A stretch of 63,780 nt of DNA, counting the filler, from Chiloscyllium plagiosum (lineage: Eukaryota): assembly GCF_004010195.1 (NCBI RefSeq). It is 4 parts of one record of this genome, joined end to end, with 100 filler letters (N's around TTAATTAATTAA, not from the genome) between each part and the next. Parts side by side here need not be neighbours in the genome. Positions count along the whole stretch, not along the records: positions 1 to 23,833 come from NC_057711.1; 3 more parts are not named here. One strand, given 5' to 3'. This document shows positions 1-11,700 of the stretch, piece by piece. The notes beneath the pieces are model-generated. The model worked only from the letters and a program-made list of their open reading frames with translations. It made no database searches and was not told the origin of the DNA. Both the position numbers and the translations under genes were made by a program. Position 1 is the stretch's first letter, and every line of letters begins with the position of its first letter.

Positions 1-97
1 CTAACCTCTACACCCCCTTGGCTCACAGCCCCATTACTGATGAAGGGCTTTTGTCCAAAACATTGATTCTCCTGCTCCTCGGATACTGCCTGATCTA
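1..97 (+). mobile_element. Penelope-like element pLTR fragment with degenerate hammerhead
   Basis: CTGATGA-AGGGC-TTTT-GTCC-AAAA at 37-60, followed by the gattctcctgctcctcggatactgcctga tail shared with other PLE copies. Confidence 0.6.
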
Positions 98-333
98 AAG
101 AAAAATGTCCTAGTTTGTCCAACCTCTCCTATAAGTCAGACCCATGAGTCCAGGCAACATCCTTGCAAATTCCTTCTGCATTCTTTCCAGTTGAAAAACA
201 TTGATTCTCCTGCTCCTCGGATACTGCCTGATCTAAAGAAAAATGTCCTAGTTTGTCCAACCTCTCCTATAAGTCAGACCCATGAGTCCAGGCAACATCC
301 TTGCAAATTCCTTCTGCATTCTTTCCAGTTGAA
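57..333. repeat. Direct tandem duplication, period 138 bp
   Basis: 57-195 is repeated exactly at 195-333, spanning a PLE/CR1 junction. Confidence 0.9.
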
Positions 334-501
334 TAACATCCTTCCTAGAGCAAGATGACCAAACCTGAACACAATACTCCAAGTGCAGCCTCACCAATGT
401 CCTGCATAACTGCAACATAACTTCCCACCTTCGATACTCAGTGCCCTGCCTGATGAAGGCCAGTGTGTCAAAAGCCTTCCTCACTGTCCTGTCTATCTGT
501 G

Positions 502-1450
502 CTGTGGAGGTGCCAGTGTTGGACTGGGTTGGACAAAGTTAAAAATCACACAACACTAGGTTAGAATGCAACAGGTTTATTTGGAAGTACAAGCTTTCAG
601 AGTGCTGCTCGTTCATCTGGTGGGGCAAGGTCATAGGATACAGATTGATAGTAACATATCAAAGTGTTATACAACTGATGCAAAGTATTGAACAAAGCTA
701 GATTGCTGTTAAGTCACTTAGACTGGGGTGCAGGTTTCGGTTCATTAATACGTAAATCCCAGAACTTCTTTCAAGTCACATTCTTGAGATAACTTAAGGG
801 TTTATACAAAAAGGTGACATCTCAGTTCAGACAATGCATTAAAAGTGTGAGGTTGGAGTCTGTCTGTATCCCCATCTTGAGTCAGACTGGTTCTATTTCC
901 AAAGTAGGAATTTATAAAATATCACATGGGCTGGCTGCCTACAGACTTTATGTTTTTTAAACAAAATAGAACATATCTGCAAATATAACTCTGCAAATGC
1001 AAATTAACCTCATAGACATGGACATGTGTGTGTGTGTGCGCGCGTGAAGGAGAGAGAGAGAATGAGAGTGTATGTGTGTGGGAAAGAGGGAAATAGTGTG
1101 TGAGTGTGTATGTGTACGTGTGCACAAGTATGACAGAGTATATACCTGTGGTGCATTGTCTGAGTTGAGATGTCACATTTATAAAATCTTAAGTTACCTC
1201 AGGACTGTGACTTGAAAGAAGTTCTGGGATTTACACATTAATGAATCAAAACCTGCACCCATTCTAAGTGATTAAAGACTTAACAGCAATCAAGGTTTGT
1301 TTAATACATCACATTAGTTGTATGAGACTTTATTCTTTGACTCTAAAGTCTGCATCTTATTCGCTACCTGATGAAGGAGCAATGTTCCAAAAGCTTGTAC
1401 TTCCAAATAAACCTGTTTGACTATAACTTGGTGTTGTGTGATTTGTAACT
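502..1450. mobile_element. Penelope-derived foldback insertion (~950 bp): inverted pLTR arms around a (GT)/(GA) microsatellite core, 13-bp TSD
   Basis: Arms ~536-840 and ~1150-1450 are reverse complements; degenerate hammerhead cores in both arms (CTGATGA at 1368); TSD ctgtctatctgtg at 489-501 and 1451-1463. Confidence 0.75.
1025..1125. repeat. Compound (GT)n/(GC)n/(GA)n microsatellite
   Basis: tgtgtgtgtgtgtgcgcgcg...gagagagagag...gtgtgtgagtgtgt. Confidence 0.85.
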
Positions 1451-2921
1451 CTGTCTATCTGTGACCCCACCTTCAGAGAACTCTGCACCTGAACTCCAAG
1501 ATCTCTCTGTTCCACTACACTCCTTAAGGCCCTACCATTCACCATGAAACTCCTGCCTTGATTTGAGTTTCCAAAATGTAAGACTTCATACTTATCTATC
1601 TTCAACTCCATTTGCCATTTCTCAGCCCACTTCCCCAGCTGATCAAGGTCCTGCTGCAATTTCTGATAACCTTCCTCTCTGTCCATGATACCGTCGATTT
1701 TAGTGTCATCTACAAACTTACTAACCATGCCTCGTACATTCTCATACAAATTATTGATATAGATAATAGCAATGGGCCCAGCACCGACCCCTGAGGCACT
1801 CCACTAGTCACTGGCCTCCAGTCCAACCAGCACCTATCCTCTATTACCCTCTGCTTCCTACCATCAAGCCAATGGTGTATCCAATTTGCCAGCTCCCCTT
1901 GGATTCCATGTGATCTAACCTTCCAGAGCAGCCTACCATGTGGAACCTTATTAAAGGCCTTATTGAAATCCATATAGACTACATCTACCACCCTGTAGGC
2001 TTACTTGTCTATAGTTCCCAGGATTTTCTTTGCAGCCCTTCTTGAATAAAGGCACAGCATTCGCTACCCTCCAGTCTTCCAGGACCTCACTCATGGCTAA
2101 CAGTGATGCAAAAATAGCAGCCAGGGCCCCCACAGTGTTCTTGGATATACCTGGTCAGTACCAGGAGATTTATCCACCTTCATATATTCTAATACATCCA
2201 ACATTTCTACTGTGATATGGACTGTCCCCAAGATATCGCCACTAACTCCTTCAAGTTCCCAAGTCTTCATGTTTTTCTCCACGGTAAACACAGTGGAGAA
2301 ATATTCATCGAGGACCTCGCCCATCTCCTGCTGTTCTACACCTACATATCCACTTTGATCTTTGAGGGGTCTTATTGTCTTGTCTAATTATTCTTTTTCC
2401 TTTAGTATACTTGAAGAACCTCTTTGGATTCACCCTAATCTTCTCAGCCAAGGCTATCTCGTGACCCCTTTAAACCCTCCTGATTTCCTTCTTCGTTAAA
2501 CTCCTGAATTCCCTGTCTACCTCCAGGGATTCCCGTGATCCCAGCTGCCTGTACCTGAGCCATGCCTCCTCCTTTTTTTCTGGTCAAAGCCTCAATATCT
2601 CTTCTCATCCAGGGTTCCTTTTTTCTGCCAACCCTTCCCTCATAGGAACATATAGATCTTAAACTCAAGCTATCTCACTTTTAAAGGCCTCCCACTGTGA
2701 ACGTGCAGCCGTCCTAACTGCCATCTTAACTGATGCAACCTAAACTGGAAAGTTAAAAGGACTTTACCTGAGTTTACCTGAACTTGTGCACAAAACACAG
2801 AAAGCCAGCACACAGTGGGTAGCAAGTAATCAGGAAGGCTAATGGAATGTTAGTTTTTACTTCAGAGTGTTGGGAGTGTAACAGTAGGGAAGTCTTACTG
2901 CAACTGTCTGAGCTCCCAAAC

Positions 2922-4282
2922 TGTTACGATATGGCAGTGAACCCCTCTGTTAATTAAACCATACACCCAGAAAAGCTCACCTTGCCTCATAATCTGTTAA
3001 AATATGAGTGACAGAGAACTCCCAAATTCCACTATTTTAAAGAAAATAACAATTTATTTTAACTCTGAAAGTGAACATTAAACAATGACTATTCACAACT
3101 CTCAGCTCCTCCTCTTTTAGCTGTTTATTAACTGCCTCCAATTCTATAACAACATGTTGTTCCAATAAAACACATCAACTTAATTTCAAAACCATACAGT
3201 GGCTGTCGTTGTCAGTGTTTTTTCCAGCTGAATATCTCTCTGGGTCGTCTTCTTTCTTTTTAGAGTCATAGAGATGTACAGCACGGAAACAGACCCTTCG
3301 GTCCAACCCGTCCATGCCGACCAGATATCTCAACCCAGTCTAGCCCCACCTGCCAGCACCCGGCCCATATCCCTCCAAACCCTTCCTATTCATATACCCA
3401 TCCAAATGCCTCTTAAATGTTGCAATTGTACCAGTCTCCACCACATCCTCCGGCAGCTCATTCCATACACGCACCACCCTCTGCATGAAAAAGTTGCCCC
3501 TTAGACCCCTCAGCCTCCGACGCTCCAGGGAAAACAGCCCCAGCCTGTTCAGCCTCTCCCTGTAGCTCAAATCCTCCAACCCTGACAACATCCTTGTAAA
3601 TCTTTTTTGAACACTTTCAAGTTTCACAACATCTTTCTGATAGGAAGGAGACCAGAATTGCATGCAATATTCCAACAGTGGCCTCACAAGGCCCTGTACA
3701 ACCGCAACATGACTTCCCAATACCTGTACTCAATACTCTGACCAATAAAGGAAAGCATACCAAACGCCTTCTTCACTATCCTATCTACCTGCAACCCCAC
3801 TTTCAAGGAGCTATGAACCTGCACTCCAAGGTCTCTTTGTTAAGCAACACTCCCTAGGACCTTACCATTTAGTGTATAAGTCCTGCTGAGATTTGCTTTC
3901 CCAAAATGCAGCACCTCACATTTATCTGAATTAAACTCCATATGTGTTTCAATGGCAGCTACTCTGTCTGACTTGCAAAATGCCTGCCTTTTTTAATACC
4001 CCCATCAGATCGTCTCATTGGTTTGATGTTGGCAAAACAATAAATTCAAATTTGATTGGGTTTTAGTATCCTGAGGCATAATTTAAACTAGTTAAATTTG
4101 AATTAGTGTCAAAACAGCAACCAACTCAGGTATCTATTTCACAGACAAATGTTACATATTTTCAATTTTCCAGTACATCCTGAGACTGCTAGTTTATCTT
4201 ATGACAGGTGCTTGTAAGCTCTCAGTGCAAAACAGTATTTGCTCTCTCTTAAAGGTACAGTCCACACCTTCAACTTCATAAT
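2922..4282. mobile_element. Possible solo LTR, itself interrupted by a CR1 fragment
   Basis: Starts TGTTAC and ends cataata (TG...CA-like), about 680 bp net, no coding similarity, interrupts a CR1; no TSD seen. Confidence 0.3.
3262..3945 (-). mobile_element. 5'-truncated CR1 LINE 3' end
   Basis: ORF 3340..3720 LEYCMQFWSP...[14 protein letters not shown]; ctctatgactct tail. Confidence 0.9.
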
Positions 4283-5429
4283 AGCTGGTAAGACCATATC
4301 TGGGGTACTGCGAGCAGTTTTGGTCATTTTATTTAAGGATAGCTCTCATTTTATTGGAGACAGTTCAGAAAAGGTTCACTAGGATGATCCTGGTATAGAG
4401 GGACTATCTTATGAGCAAAGGTTAATCAGGTTGGGACTCTATTCACTGGAGAATAAAAGGGCACCAACGTCAGACTGAGATGAGGAGTAATTCCTTCTCT
4501 CAGAGGGTTGTGAGTCTTTGGAACTCCTTGTCACAGAGAGATCTGTGGGGGCAGACTCCTTCTGTATATTTAAGGTTGAGAGGGATAGAATTTTGATCAG
4601 TCAGGGAATCAAGGCTTACAGGGAAATGGCAAAAAACGTGCATGTGGAGAATGTTGCATCAGTCATCATTCTATTGAATAGGAAGCAGGGTGAGGGGGCT
4701 ATTGGTCTACTCCTGTTCCTATTTCTTCTGGTCTTATTAAACCAGGTTTCAGCCTGGGATCTGACCTATCCAGCAATTACATCAGCTGAGATGATTACAA
4801 TCGCTTCTTGCAATCTGTAGCTATCCACAACGCAGTCAATTTTCAGTCATCTGCTACTTTCTTGACCAATGTTTGAAAATATTGATTGATTATGAATATT
4901 TAACTATTGCTAAAAAGAGATGAGAAGTTGAAGCTCTTTGTATCACACTGATCAAAGGGAGGGCACATGAAACAGATGTGAGAGCAGAGGAGCTGCTTTA
5001 TTCCAGGTGAGAAGAGCATGCTGATTTTTTGGGCCATGATTAACATGGTGATGCAGCAAAAACAGGTTACCCAACACATTTCATTCTCTGCCTACACATG
5101 CAGATCTGAGTGGGCTGGGTAACACCCTGGGGGTGCAGTAGAAATTGGACTGTCTCCATTACCAATTTTTTAAAAAAATTGCAATGAATATATATTTTCC
5201 TTTTGCTACATAAAATGTATCTTTTCTATTTATGCGAGCAACTTCTAGCATGCACCATCACATACCCTGTGAACCTAGCTGATGAGCATCCAACATAACT
5301 CTTAGCACAGTCGGATTATTTAATGAATGGTTCTCACCAGCAGAATTCAGTCCAATGGTGGATATGCAATCGCAGGTTTGTTGAACCTGATCAGCACGTG
5401 CATGGGTTGGTTGCTTGAAGTTTATTATT

Positions 5430-5750
5430 ATTTGATCCTGGGATGTTCCTACTGCTGGCTTTCTATCATGGTTGCTTATCCATAATTGCCCTTGAGAAGG
5501 TGGTAGTGAGCAACATTCATGAGCCAATGCAAGTTCCTGGCAAGTAGGTAGATCCACGATGTTTTTATGAAGAGAATTCTACAATGTGACAGTGAAGGAA
5601 CAGTGATTTACATTGGGGAGTTTATGGGGGTGGTATTCCCATGTATCTACTGTCCTCCTGCTGGGCGGCAGAACTTCCAGGTTTGCAGAGTGTATTAAAG
5701 CAGCCTTGGTGAGTTGCTGCAGTGCTTCTTGTCAGTGGTAAACAATATGA
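5430..5750 (-). mobile_element. Old LINE 3'-end fragment (same family as 6460-6785 and 53240-53910)
   Basis: Shared motifs gcccttgagaaggtgg and cagtgaaggaacag...tcccatgtatct. Confidence 0.55.
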
Positions 5751-6036
5751 AAACAAATATTTCTATTCTAAATTGTTTGACAGCTTTGTCATTTAAACAG
5801 TTCTTTGACAGCTTCAGTTTTCGGGTACGTTTTTGAATATGGTTTGAAATCCCAAATGATATCTGCCTCTCCCTACCAAGGCTGACTGATCCTAATCATT
5901 AAACACATAGAAGCTGTCATCAGAGATTAAGAAAAAAAAAATTAGCATTAACAAATAAGTACAAATATTTTTCTGTTTCTTTTGTAATTATTGCAAGAAA
6001 TGAGATGATAAAATTGAACAAAAGGCATCCCCTATT

Positions 6037-6240
6037 ACAGAGCTGGAAATGTGTTGCTGGAAAGGCGCAGCAGGTCAGGCAGCATCCAAGGAACAGGAGA
6101 ATCAACGTTTCGGGCATAACCCTTCTTCGGGTTATGCCCGAAAAATCGATTCTCCTGTTCCCTGGATGCTGCCTGACCTGCTGCGCTTTTCCAGCAACAC
6201 ATTTCCAGCTCTGATCTCCAGCATCTGCAGACCTCACTTT
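6037..6240. mobile_element. Short Penelope-derived foldback element with TSD
   Basis: Near-perfect palindrome 6038-6213; TSD atcccctatt at 6027-6036 and 6241-6250 (extends to 14 bp with one mismatch). Confidence 0.85.
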
Positions 6241-6459
6241 ATCCCCTATTGCAGTCCTTGATTTTACAAAAGTGACCCTTTTATATTAAGAAAAGTCAAA
6301 ATTGACTTTAAAAGTACACAATATTCACACAGATCCTGACAAGCATGGAACCCATTCATAATATTTTCAAGTTTCATATCCTGTTTGTGTACTCTGCCAA
6401 TTAGGGGCAGAGGCTGAGTGGGCTGGACCACTGATGATGTTTAATTGACATTTTTCTTA

Positions 6460-6785
6460 AGATTCACTCATGGGACATGAGCCAGCACTTATTGCCCGTC
6501 CCTAGTTGCCCCTTGTGAAGGTGGGGGTGAGCTGCCTTCTTGACCCGCTGCAGTCCATGTGCTGTAGGGTGACCCACAATGCCCTGAGGGAGGGATTTCC
6601 AGGATTCTGACCCAGCGACAGTGAAGGAACAGCAATATATTTCCAAGATGAGGAGTAGCTTGGAGAGAAATTTGCAGGGGGCGCTGTTCCCATGTATCTG
6701 CTACCCTTGTCCTTCAAGATGGAAATGGCTGTAAGTTTGGAAGATACTGTCTAAGGAGCTTTGGTGAATTTCTGCAGTGCTACTG
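6460..6785 (-). mobile_element. LINE 3' end (L2/CR1-superclade family)
   Basis: High similarity to 53240-53580; coding remnant ...SFTVAGSESWKSLP... Confidence 0.7.
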
Positions 6786-7094
6786 AAGAGTGCCCATTTT
6801 ATATTTGAGCCAAAGCAACAATTTTCATTTTGGGCAGAGGCAGATGCAAATGTTTTCTGTTATTTTAAATTGGATCACTGACTTTAAAATGAATTGATGA
6901 ATTTGCTTTTGAAATACATGTTGTAGAGACTATCCAATGTTATGTACTGCAGTGTGTGGCTGTATTAGGCACGTCATGGTTTGCTTGATCAGGAGGAGAC
7001 AAATTGAAGCCCAATGTCACTCCAGTCTCAATGCAAATTCTCATTGTTGACAAACTGCTTTCCAGCTAAACAATTATTTAATTTGTTTATTATT

Positions 7095-7230
7095 CAGTTC
7101 TGAAGAAAAGCCACACTTGACTCAAAACATTAACGCTGTTTCTCTCCTCAGATGCTGTCAGAGTTGCTGAGTTTCTCAAGCATTTTCTCTGTTCGTTTCA
7201 ATTTTCCAGCATCCATAGCATTTTGATTTT
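7095..7230 (+). mobile_element. Old Penelope pLTR fragment
   Basis: ttctgaagaa...cagatgctgtcaga...tccagcatc, homologous to 52400-52500 and 50255-50380. Confidence 0.55.
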
Positions 7231-8031
7231 ATGAAAGGAATTTAAATTACTTGCAGTTATCTGCAGACTACAGTGACCTTTAAAGAATAATCAATGAAAT
7301 TATTCAAGCTAAGCCACCGAGTTCCAGCTGCTAGCTAATTCTTTTGCAAGGACAGATGTAAGAGAGGGGTCGGCACATAGGGACACATTGTAAACTGCAC
7401 CAAGGTTATAATGCAAGCAGCCTTTTGAATAGTTGACTTGGTGCTAATTTTTAACAGAAAAGTTTTAATGTACCATTGAGCATTGTAGCATGAGGTTATT
7501 TACCAATTACTGTGCCTATGAAATATTTTTGTTGATTTGGCAACAAACATTTATGATATGTAAAAATATTTCATAATACGAGTTTGTTAGTATGTGACTT
7601 GTTTCTTATGCGTGATTGGTCAAACAATATCTTCTGAGTGTTTACAACTGTTTCCAGTTCTTATTTTCAAAAAAACATTTACAGCAGTTGATAAGTTACA
7701 AGTGTTACAGCTGTAACAGGCATAATAATATCCATGACTCTGGTAAGTCTGGAGAATACCTATATAGTGTCCATTCCAGTGTTACTCAGTATAATTTCTC
7801 TTTAATGTGGAAATGCTACGAAGATTCTGCATATGATAAGTGCCATAGCACATTTTAATGGAAAATGTTAACACAATGCATTTTATGTATACAACCTTCA
7901 ACAGCTCAGTAAAACTTGTTACGTGGTCCTCCAGCCCATGTAATTGTCCACCCTGGTTTAGTCGTGCGATCCTGAAAGGGGTGTAGTACTCTGTATGCAC
8001 TACTTTCGAACTGTGTTAGATAAGACTGGGT

Positions 8032-8156
8032 GAAAGTGAGAACTGCAGATGCTGGAGATCAGAGTCCAGATTAGAGTGGTGCTGGAAAAGCACAGCAGGT
8101 CAGGCAGCATCTGTGGAGCTGCTGTGCTTTTCCAGCACCACTCTAATCTAGATTTC
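8032..8156. mobile_element. Short Penelope-derived foldback element with TSD
   Basis: gaaagtgagaactgcagatgctggag terminus; inverted arms; TSD gata(a/t)gactgggt at 8019-8031 and 8157-8169. Confidence 0.8.
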
Positions 8157-8347
8157 GATATGACTGGGTCTTACCATACTGTGGTGTTAGACAACATACT
8201 TTAAAACACATTTTGAAAAAGTATGTTTAAAATACTTATTTTATGGAAAAGCTGAATTTAACAAAAGGTGAATATTTTCAGCACTAAATTACTTTCAAAA
8301 CATAAAATCTGCCTCTGAACTAAGAAATAGAGATAATGAAAAACAAA

Positions 8348-8353
8348 TTTATT
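8348..8353 (-). promoter_or_regulatory. Putative polyadenylation signal (AATAAA) of the VWC-CTCK gene
   Basis: tttatt on the plus strand about 150 nt downstream of the stop codon, in AT-rich unique sequence. Confidence 0.6.
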
Positions 8354-8504
8354 TAGAATCAATGATTTTGGTAAAATGCAAATAATATGGACAAACTAGA
8401 AACATCTTAGTAATCATTTCAAAGGAACACCTTCTCCACAATGGCCAGCTTTTCAAACTTATTTTTATGTCTTTTGTAACTGGGTCAGAACTTTGAGAAG
8501 TAAA

Positions 8505-8729
8505 TCAGTTGATTCGTTCAGATTCCCTGCAGTCACTCAGCTTGCATTGACACGAAACTGGTTCAATAATTGTGTAGATGGTGGTGCTGCCATCATCACA
8601 GCTCAAGGTGACATTGGTAAATTTGGTATTATTCGGCACACAGTAGCCACACTCAACTATCTTGCGGTCCATGTCTGGATTGTTCTGTGTGATTGGGGAA
8701 CACCTGTCTTCACACACAGTGACATTAAC
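8505..8729 (-). CDS. Terminal coding exon, CTCK cystine-knot domain, ending in TGA
   Basis: Acceptor ...gctcacattcacag|GTTAATGTC; translation [10 protein letters not shown]...ECGYCVP...VTLSCDDG...[12 protein letters not shown]...* (3' part of ORF 8505..8813). Confidence 0.9.
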   Translation of the reverse strand, partial: VNVTVCEDRCSPITQNNPDMDRKIVECGYCVPNNTKFTNVTLSCDDGSTTIYTIIEPVSCQCKLSDCRESERIN

Positions 8730-11700
8730 CTGTGAATGTGAGCAACAATCAAACTTAGAGGCTGAATCTCTAAAATAGTTTGGATTCTGAAACAAGAGTG
8801 TGCATGCGCCCATATCTGCTTTTCAGGCAGTGGAAATGCTTTTAAAACGTTTATCTAGGTGTGCAAGTGCACATAAATGTTTTTACATTATCTTTCGACA
8901 GAACAGAGACAACAAGCAACATACAACATAGTTTTAGCCTGTGTTCAGAATTTTTGATTGTTAAAATAACATCGAGCTAAAAGAGTTGTTAAGATTTAAA
9001 TTTAAGCAATGTACAATGTATGCCCTTTTAGAGTAGAAGGAGTTTAAAAGAAAGAACTCACTGACTCTACAAATAAAGGTTGAGAGGTGACTTAATTGAG
9101 ACATATGAGAAAATCAGAGGTTTACATAGGATGGACAGTGAGAATCTTTCTCCTCAGGTGGTGACGGCTAGCACAAGGGGACATAGCTGTAAATTGAGGG
9201 GTGATAGATATTGGACAGATGTCAGAGGTAGTTTCTCTACTCAGAGTAGTGGGGGTGTGGAACAGCCTGCCTGCAACAGTAGTAGACTTGCTAACATTAA
9301 GCGCATTTTAATGGTAATTGGATAGATATAGGGATATAAATGGTATAGTGTAAGTTATTGGGCTTCAGATTGGTTTCACAGGACAGTGCAACATCGAGGG
9401 CCGAAGGGCCTGTACTGTGCTGTAATGGTCTATGGTCTATGGTCTAAGAGGATATTATACTTTTATGATAGAGAGTGAAGAAATGTGAAAAGCTTGCTTT
9501 AGTTCTTGGAAAGGCAATGGCACATTGATATTGGTAATGGTAACGGTAATGCTAGTGCTATTGGTAGTGGTATTGGTAATGGTATTGATATTTGTAGTGG
9601 TAATGGCAGTGGCAATGATATTGTTATTGGTAATGGTATTGATATTAGTATTGGCAATGGTAATGGTAATGATATTGGTAATGGTAATGGTAATTGTAAT
9701 GGTAATAACAAAGAACAGCCAGGGAATTCCGAGAAGCATGGCACTCATCCACAAACTCCATCAACAAACACATCGACCTGGACCCAATATACCGGCCACT
9801 ACAGCGGACAGCTGAAACTGACAACCGGAAGCGGCAGGGACAGGCCACTATAAATGCCGGAAGAAATACCACAGAAGCGCTTCACAGGAGGCTCACATGC
9901 ACTGAGGATGTCACCTAGACAGGGGACGAAACGTCTGCAACAAAAACTTCCAGCTCGGCGAACAGAACCACAGTAATGGTAATGACATTGGTAATGGTAA
10001 TGGTATTAGTGTAATTAGTGTTTTTGGAACCTTGGGTTCAAATCCACTGGAGTATTTGAGGGAATTTAAATTGAGGCCTGCATTGGAGTGCTGCCTTGTT
10101 GCATTAGAGTGTAAGTGGAGTTTAGTGAAAGAGGGAGGAGGTGTTGAGTCCCTTCTTTTCTCTCATTGGTGAATACTTTTGCTCTTTATAATAAAAATAA
10201 GGTCTTAGGTAATTTGGAGCATAAGGGGAAAGATTGACCTTAAGGAATCCTGAGAGCACAGAGTACCAGAGGGTCAGAGAATGAGCAAAGCTGACAAGGA
10301 GCAGCTGAGCAGAGTAGCAGGAAAACTTTCAGAGGACCAGCCCAGCATTACCTGAACTCAGCCTGGAGACAGTGACACAGGACAAATGGAAGCTGCTGAT
10401 TGGGTGAGTACAAACGATGAATATTTGCCCTAATGTTATTGCTTACAGTTTACAAAGTCTTTATTTTGTGGTTAATAGTTTGTAAGATTCTGTTTTAGCA
10501 AGATCGAGGGAAGAGGGCCCTAAAGTAATTGATACTACTTGATTTTAGAGCAAGTCATGGCAAATGAGCTGAAAACTGTGGTGTGCTCCTCCTACTCTGT
10601 GTGAGAAGCCTGTGGCATGTTTTCATATCTGGCACCAGCACGTGTGCAGTAAGTGTCTCCAGCCGTGGGTCCTGAAAACCCAACATTTCAGAGCTGGAGT
10701 GATGACTGGGAACCCACCGGGAGCATCCACAAAGCTGAGAGAATCATTGATAGCACATATTGAAAAGTGGTCACACTGTAGACTCAGACAGAAAGGGAAT
10801 GAGTGACCATCAGGCAGAATAAGAGGATTAGGCAGGAACCCCCTGTGGCGATTCCCCTGCTAAACGGATACGCCATGTTAGATACTGTTGGGGAGAATTT
10901 CTCTCCATGGAAACCAGGAGCAGCCAAATGTGTTGCACCACAGTTAGCTCTGCTGTACAGGAGAGGGGAGAAACTGCATGACTGCAATACTTACAGGAGA
11001 TTCAGTTGTGAGAGGGACAGCCAGGCTTTCTGTGGCCACAGATGAGACTCCAGGATGGTATGTTGCCTCCCCAGTGATAGGGTTAAGGAGGTCACAGAGC
11101 GTCGACAGGACGTTCTGGAGGGGAGGGTGGACAGCCAGTGGTCATGATACCCACTGGTACCACCAACATGGCTTTAAAAAATGGGATGAGGTCCTTAAAG
11201 CTGAATATGGGATGGTAGAAAGCAAGCTGAAAAGTAGGACATCAAAAGGTAGGGATCGCGGGATTACTACCAGTGCCAAGTGCTAGTCAGAATAGAAATA
11301 GCAGGATACAGTATATCAGTTGAATAAGTGACTGGAAAACTGGTGTAAAACTGGTGGGCAGCACGGTGGCTTAGTGGTTAGCACTGCTGCCTCACAGCGC
11401 CAGAGACCCGGGTTCAATTACCACCTCAGGCGACTGTGTGGAGTTTGCACATTCTCCCCGTGTCTGCGTGGGTTTCCTCTGGGTGCTCCGGTTTCCTCCC
11501 ACAATCCAAAACTGTGCAGGTCAGGTGAAATGGCCATGCTAAATTGCCCGTAGTGTTAGGTGCAGGGGTAAATGTAGGGGAATGGGTCTGGGTGGGTTGC
11601 GCTTCGGCGGGTCGGTGTGGACTTGGGCTGAAGGGCCTGTTTCCACACTGTAAGTAATCTAATCTAGTCTAATCTAAAGGGGAAGGTTTCAGATTCCCAG

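Larger units (their letters stand above)
98..2790 (-). mobile_element. Decayed CR1 LINE (RT region, internal deletion, 5' region), interrupted by a PLE foldback at 502-1450
   Basis: ORF fragments [42 protein letters not shown]; 2700-2785 matches the 5' region of the CR1 at 43850-43940. Confidence 0.9.
2795..4740 (+). mobile_element. Decayed CR1 3' fragment split by an unclassified insert (2922-4282)
   Basis: RT C-terminal coding sequence stops near 2915 and resumes at 4283 (gctggtaagaccatatctggggtactg...). Confidence 0.7.
9515..10010. repeat. Degenerate (GGTAAT)n hexamer microsatellite interrupted by a Penelope fragment
   Basis: ggtaat/gatatt units at 9515-9707, resuming at 9973-10010. Confidence 0.85.

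Noticed and set aside
5275..5310. CTGATGA motif in unique sequence as a possible hammerhead
   Set aside because: No stem II followed by GAAA and no stem I partner.
6038..6213. Palindromes as miRNA precursors, CRISPR repeats or DNA-transposon MITEs
   Set aside because: They are dispersed rather than arrayed, arms match Penelope pLTR sequence, and TSD lengths vary from 9 to 18 bp unlike the fixed TSDs of DDE transposons.
8730..8813. N-terminal 28 aa of ORF 8505..8813 as a stand-alone small cystine-knot hormone or DAN-family gene
   Set aside because: No signal peptide; an acceptor at 8731-8730 and a phase-matched upstream exon supplying the missing cysteines indicate this stretch is intron.
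9455..9872. Several 75-115 aa low-complexity ORFs (GN-, IT-, LP-, VM-rich) resembling antifreeze or structural proteins
   Set aside because: All are translations of the (GGTAAT)n microsatellite, open in multiple frames on both strands, with no splice or domain support.
11356..11430. tRNA-like sequences with A and B boxes (also 17249, 21172, 24605, 30850, 37884)
   Set aside because: Each continues into the V-SINE core and tail; they are SINE heads, not tRNA genes.
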